A program made the translations under genes and the position numbers. The notes beneath the pieces are model-generated. The model made no database searches. It worked only from the letters and a program-made list of their open reading frames with translations, and was not told the origin of the DNA. Shown here in pieces: positions 63,621 through 64,000 of a stretch of DNA of 64,000 bases; within the stretch, counting starts at the first letter, position 1; each line of letters opens with the position of its first letter. Source of the stretch: Mobula hypostoma (lineage: Eukaryota); NCBI RefSeq assembly GCF_963921235.1, contig NC_086097.1:245956001-246020000 (forward strand), given 5' to 3'.

Positions 63621-64000
63621 CACCAGTGCCATGACGAGGTAGAGTTGTGAGGTTAAGAGTTCATCTTTAATATACAAGAGATCTGTACAAAAGTCCTATG
63701 TCAGCAGGATAGAAAGCTGTCCTTGAACCTGGTGGTGCAAGTATTCCAAGTTTTGTATTCTTCTGCATGACAAAAGAAAGGGAGATTAGTGAACGTCCAA
63801 GGTTGGTGTGGTCTTTGATTACACTGGCTGCTTTAGTGAGGCAGCGAGACGTGCAGGCAGAGTGCACAGAGAGGAGGCTGGTATTCATGACAGACTGGGC
63901 TCTGTGATTTCTTGTGCTCTTGGGCAGAGCGGTTCCCGGGAGTATGCATACACAGGATGATTTCAATGTTACATCAGTAAAAACTGGTCAGGGTGAACAG

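Overview
This is eukaryotic, repeat-saturated DNA. The repeat repertoire (CR1 LINEs with ATGTTCT/ATGGTCTT-type tails, Rex1/Babar-type LINEs, V-domain tRNA SINEs, Penelope-derived hammerhead repeats, Tc1 and hAT elements) points to a cartilaginous fish, probably a ray; that assignment is inference. I found no intact host protein-coding gene, rRNA, tRNA gene or CRISPR array. The long ORFs are remnants of non-LTR reverse transcriptases or Tc1 transposases. The most unusual signal is a 178-bp GC-rich piece resembling CYHR1/ZFTRAF1 5' coding sequence at 14661-14838. It is exactly circularly permuted and sits inside a TSD-flanked RTE-related retroposon, suggesting capture of a circular intermediate (eccDNA/microDNA or circRNA). 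Other notable items are: minimal type I hammerhead ribozymes in Penelope-derived fold-back elements; a Tc1 derivative with two 3' ends; templated-insertion/snap-back repair scars; a nested hAT element; and a short unique island with microexon-like splice signals. Boundaries of old repeats are approximate, and family names come from recognised motifs, not database searches.
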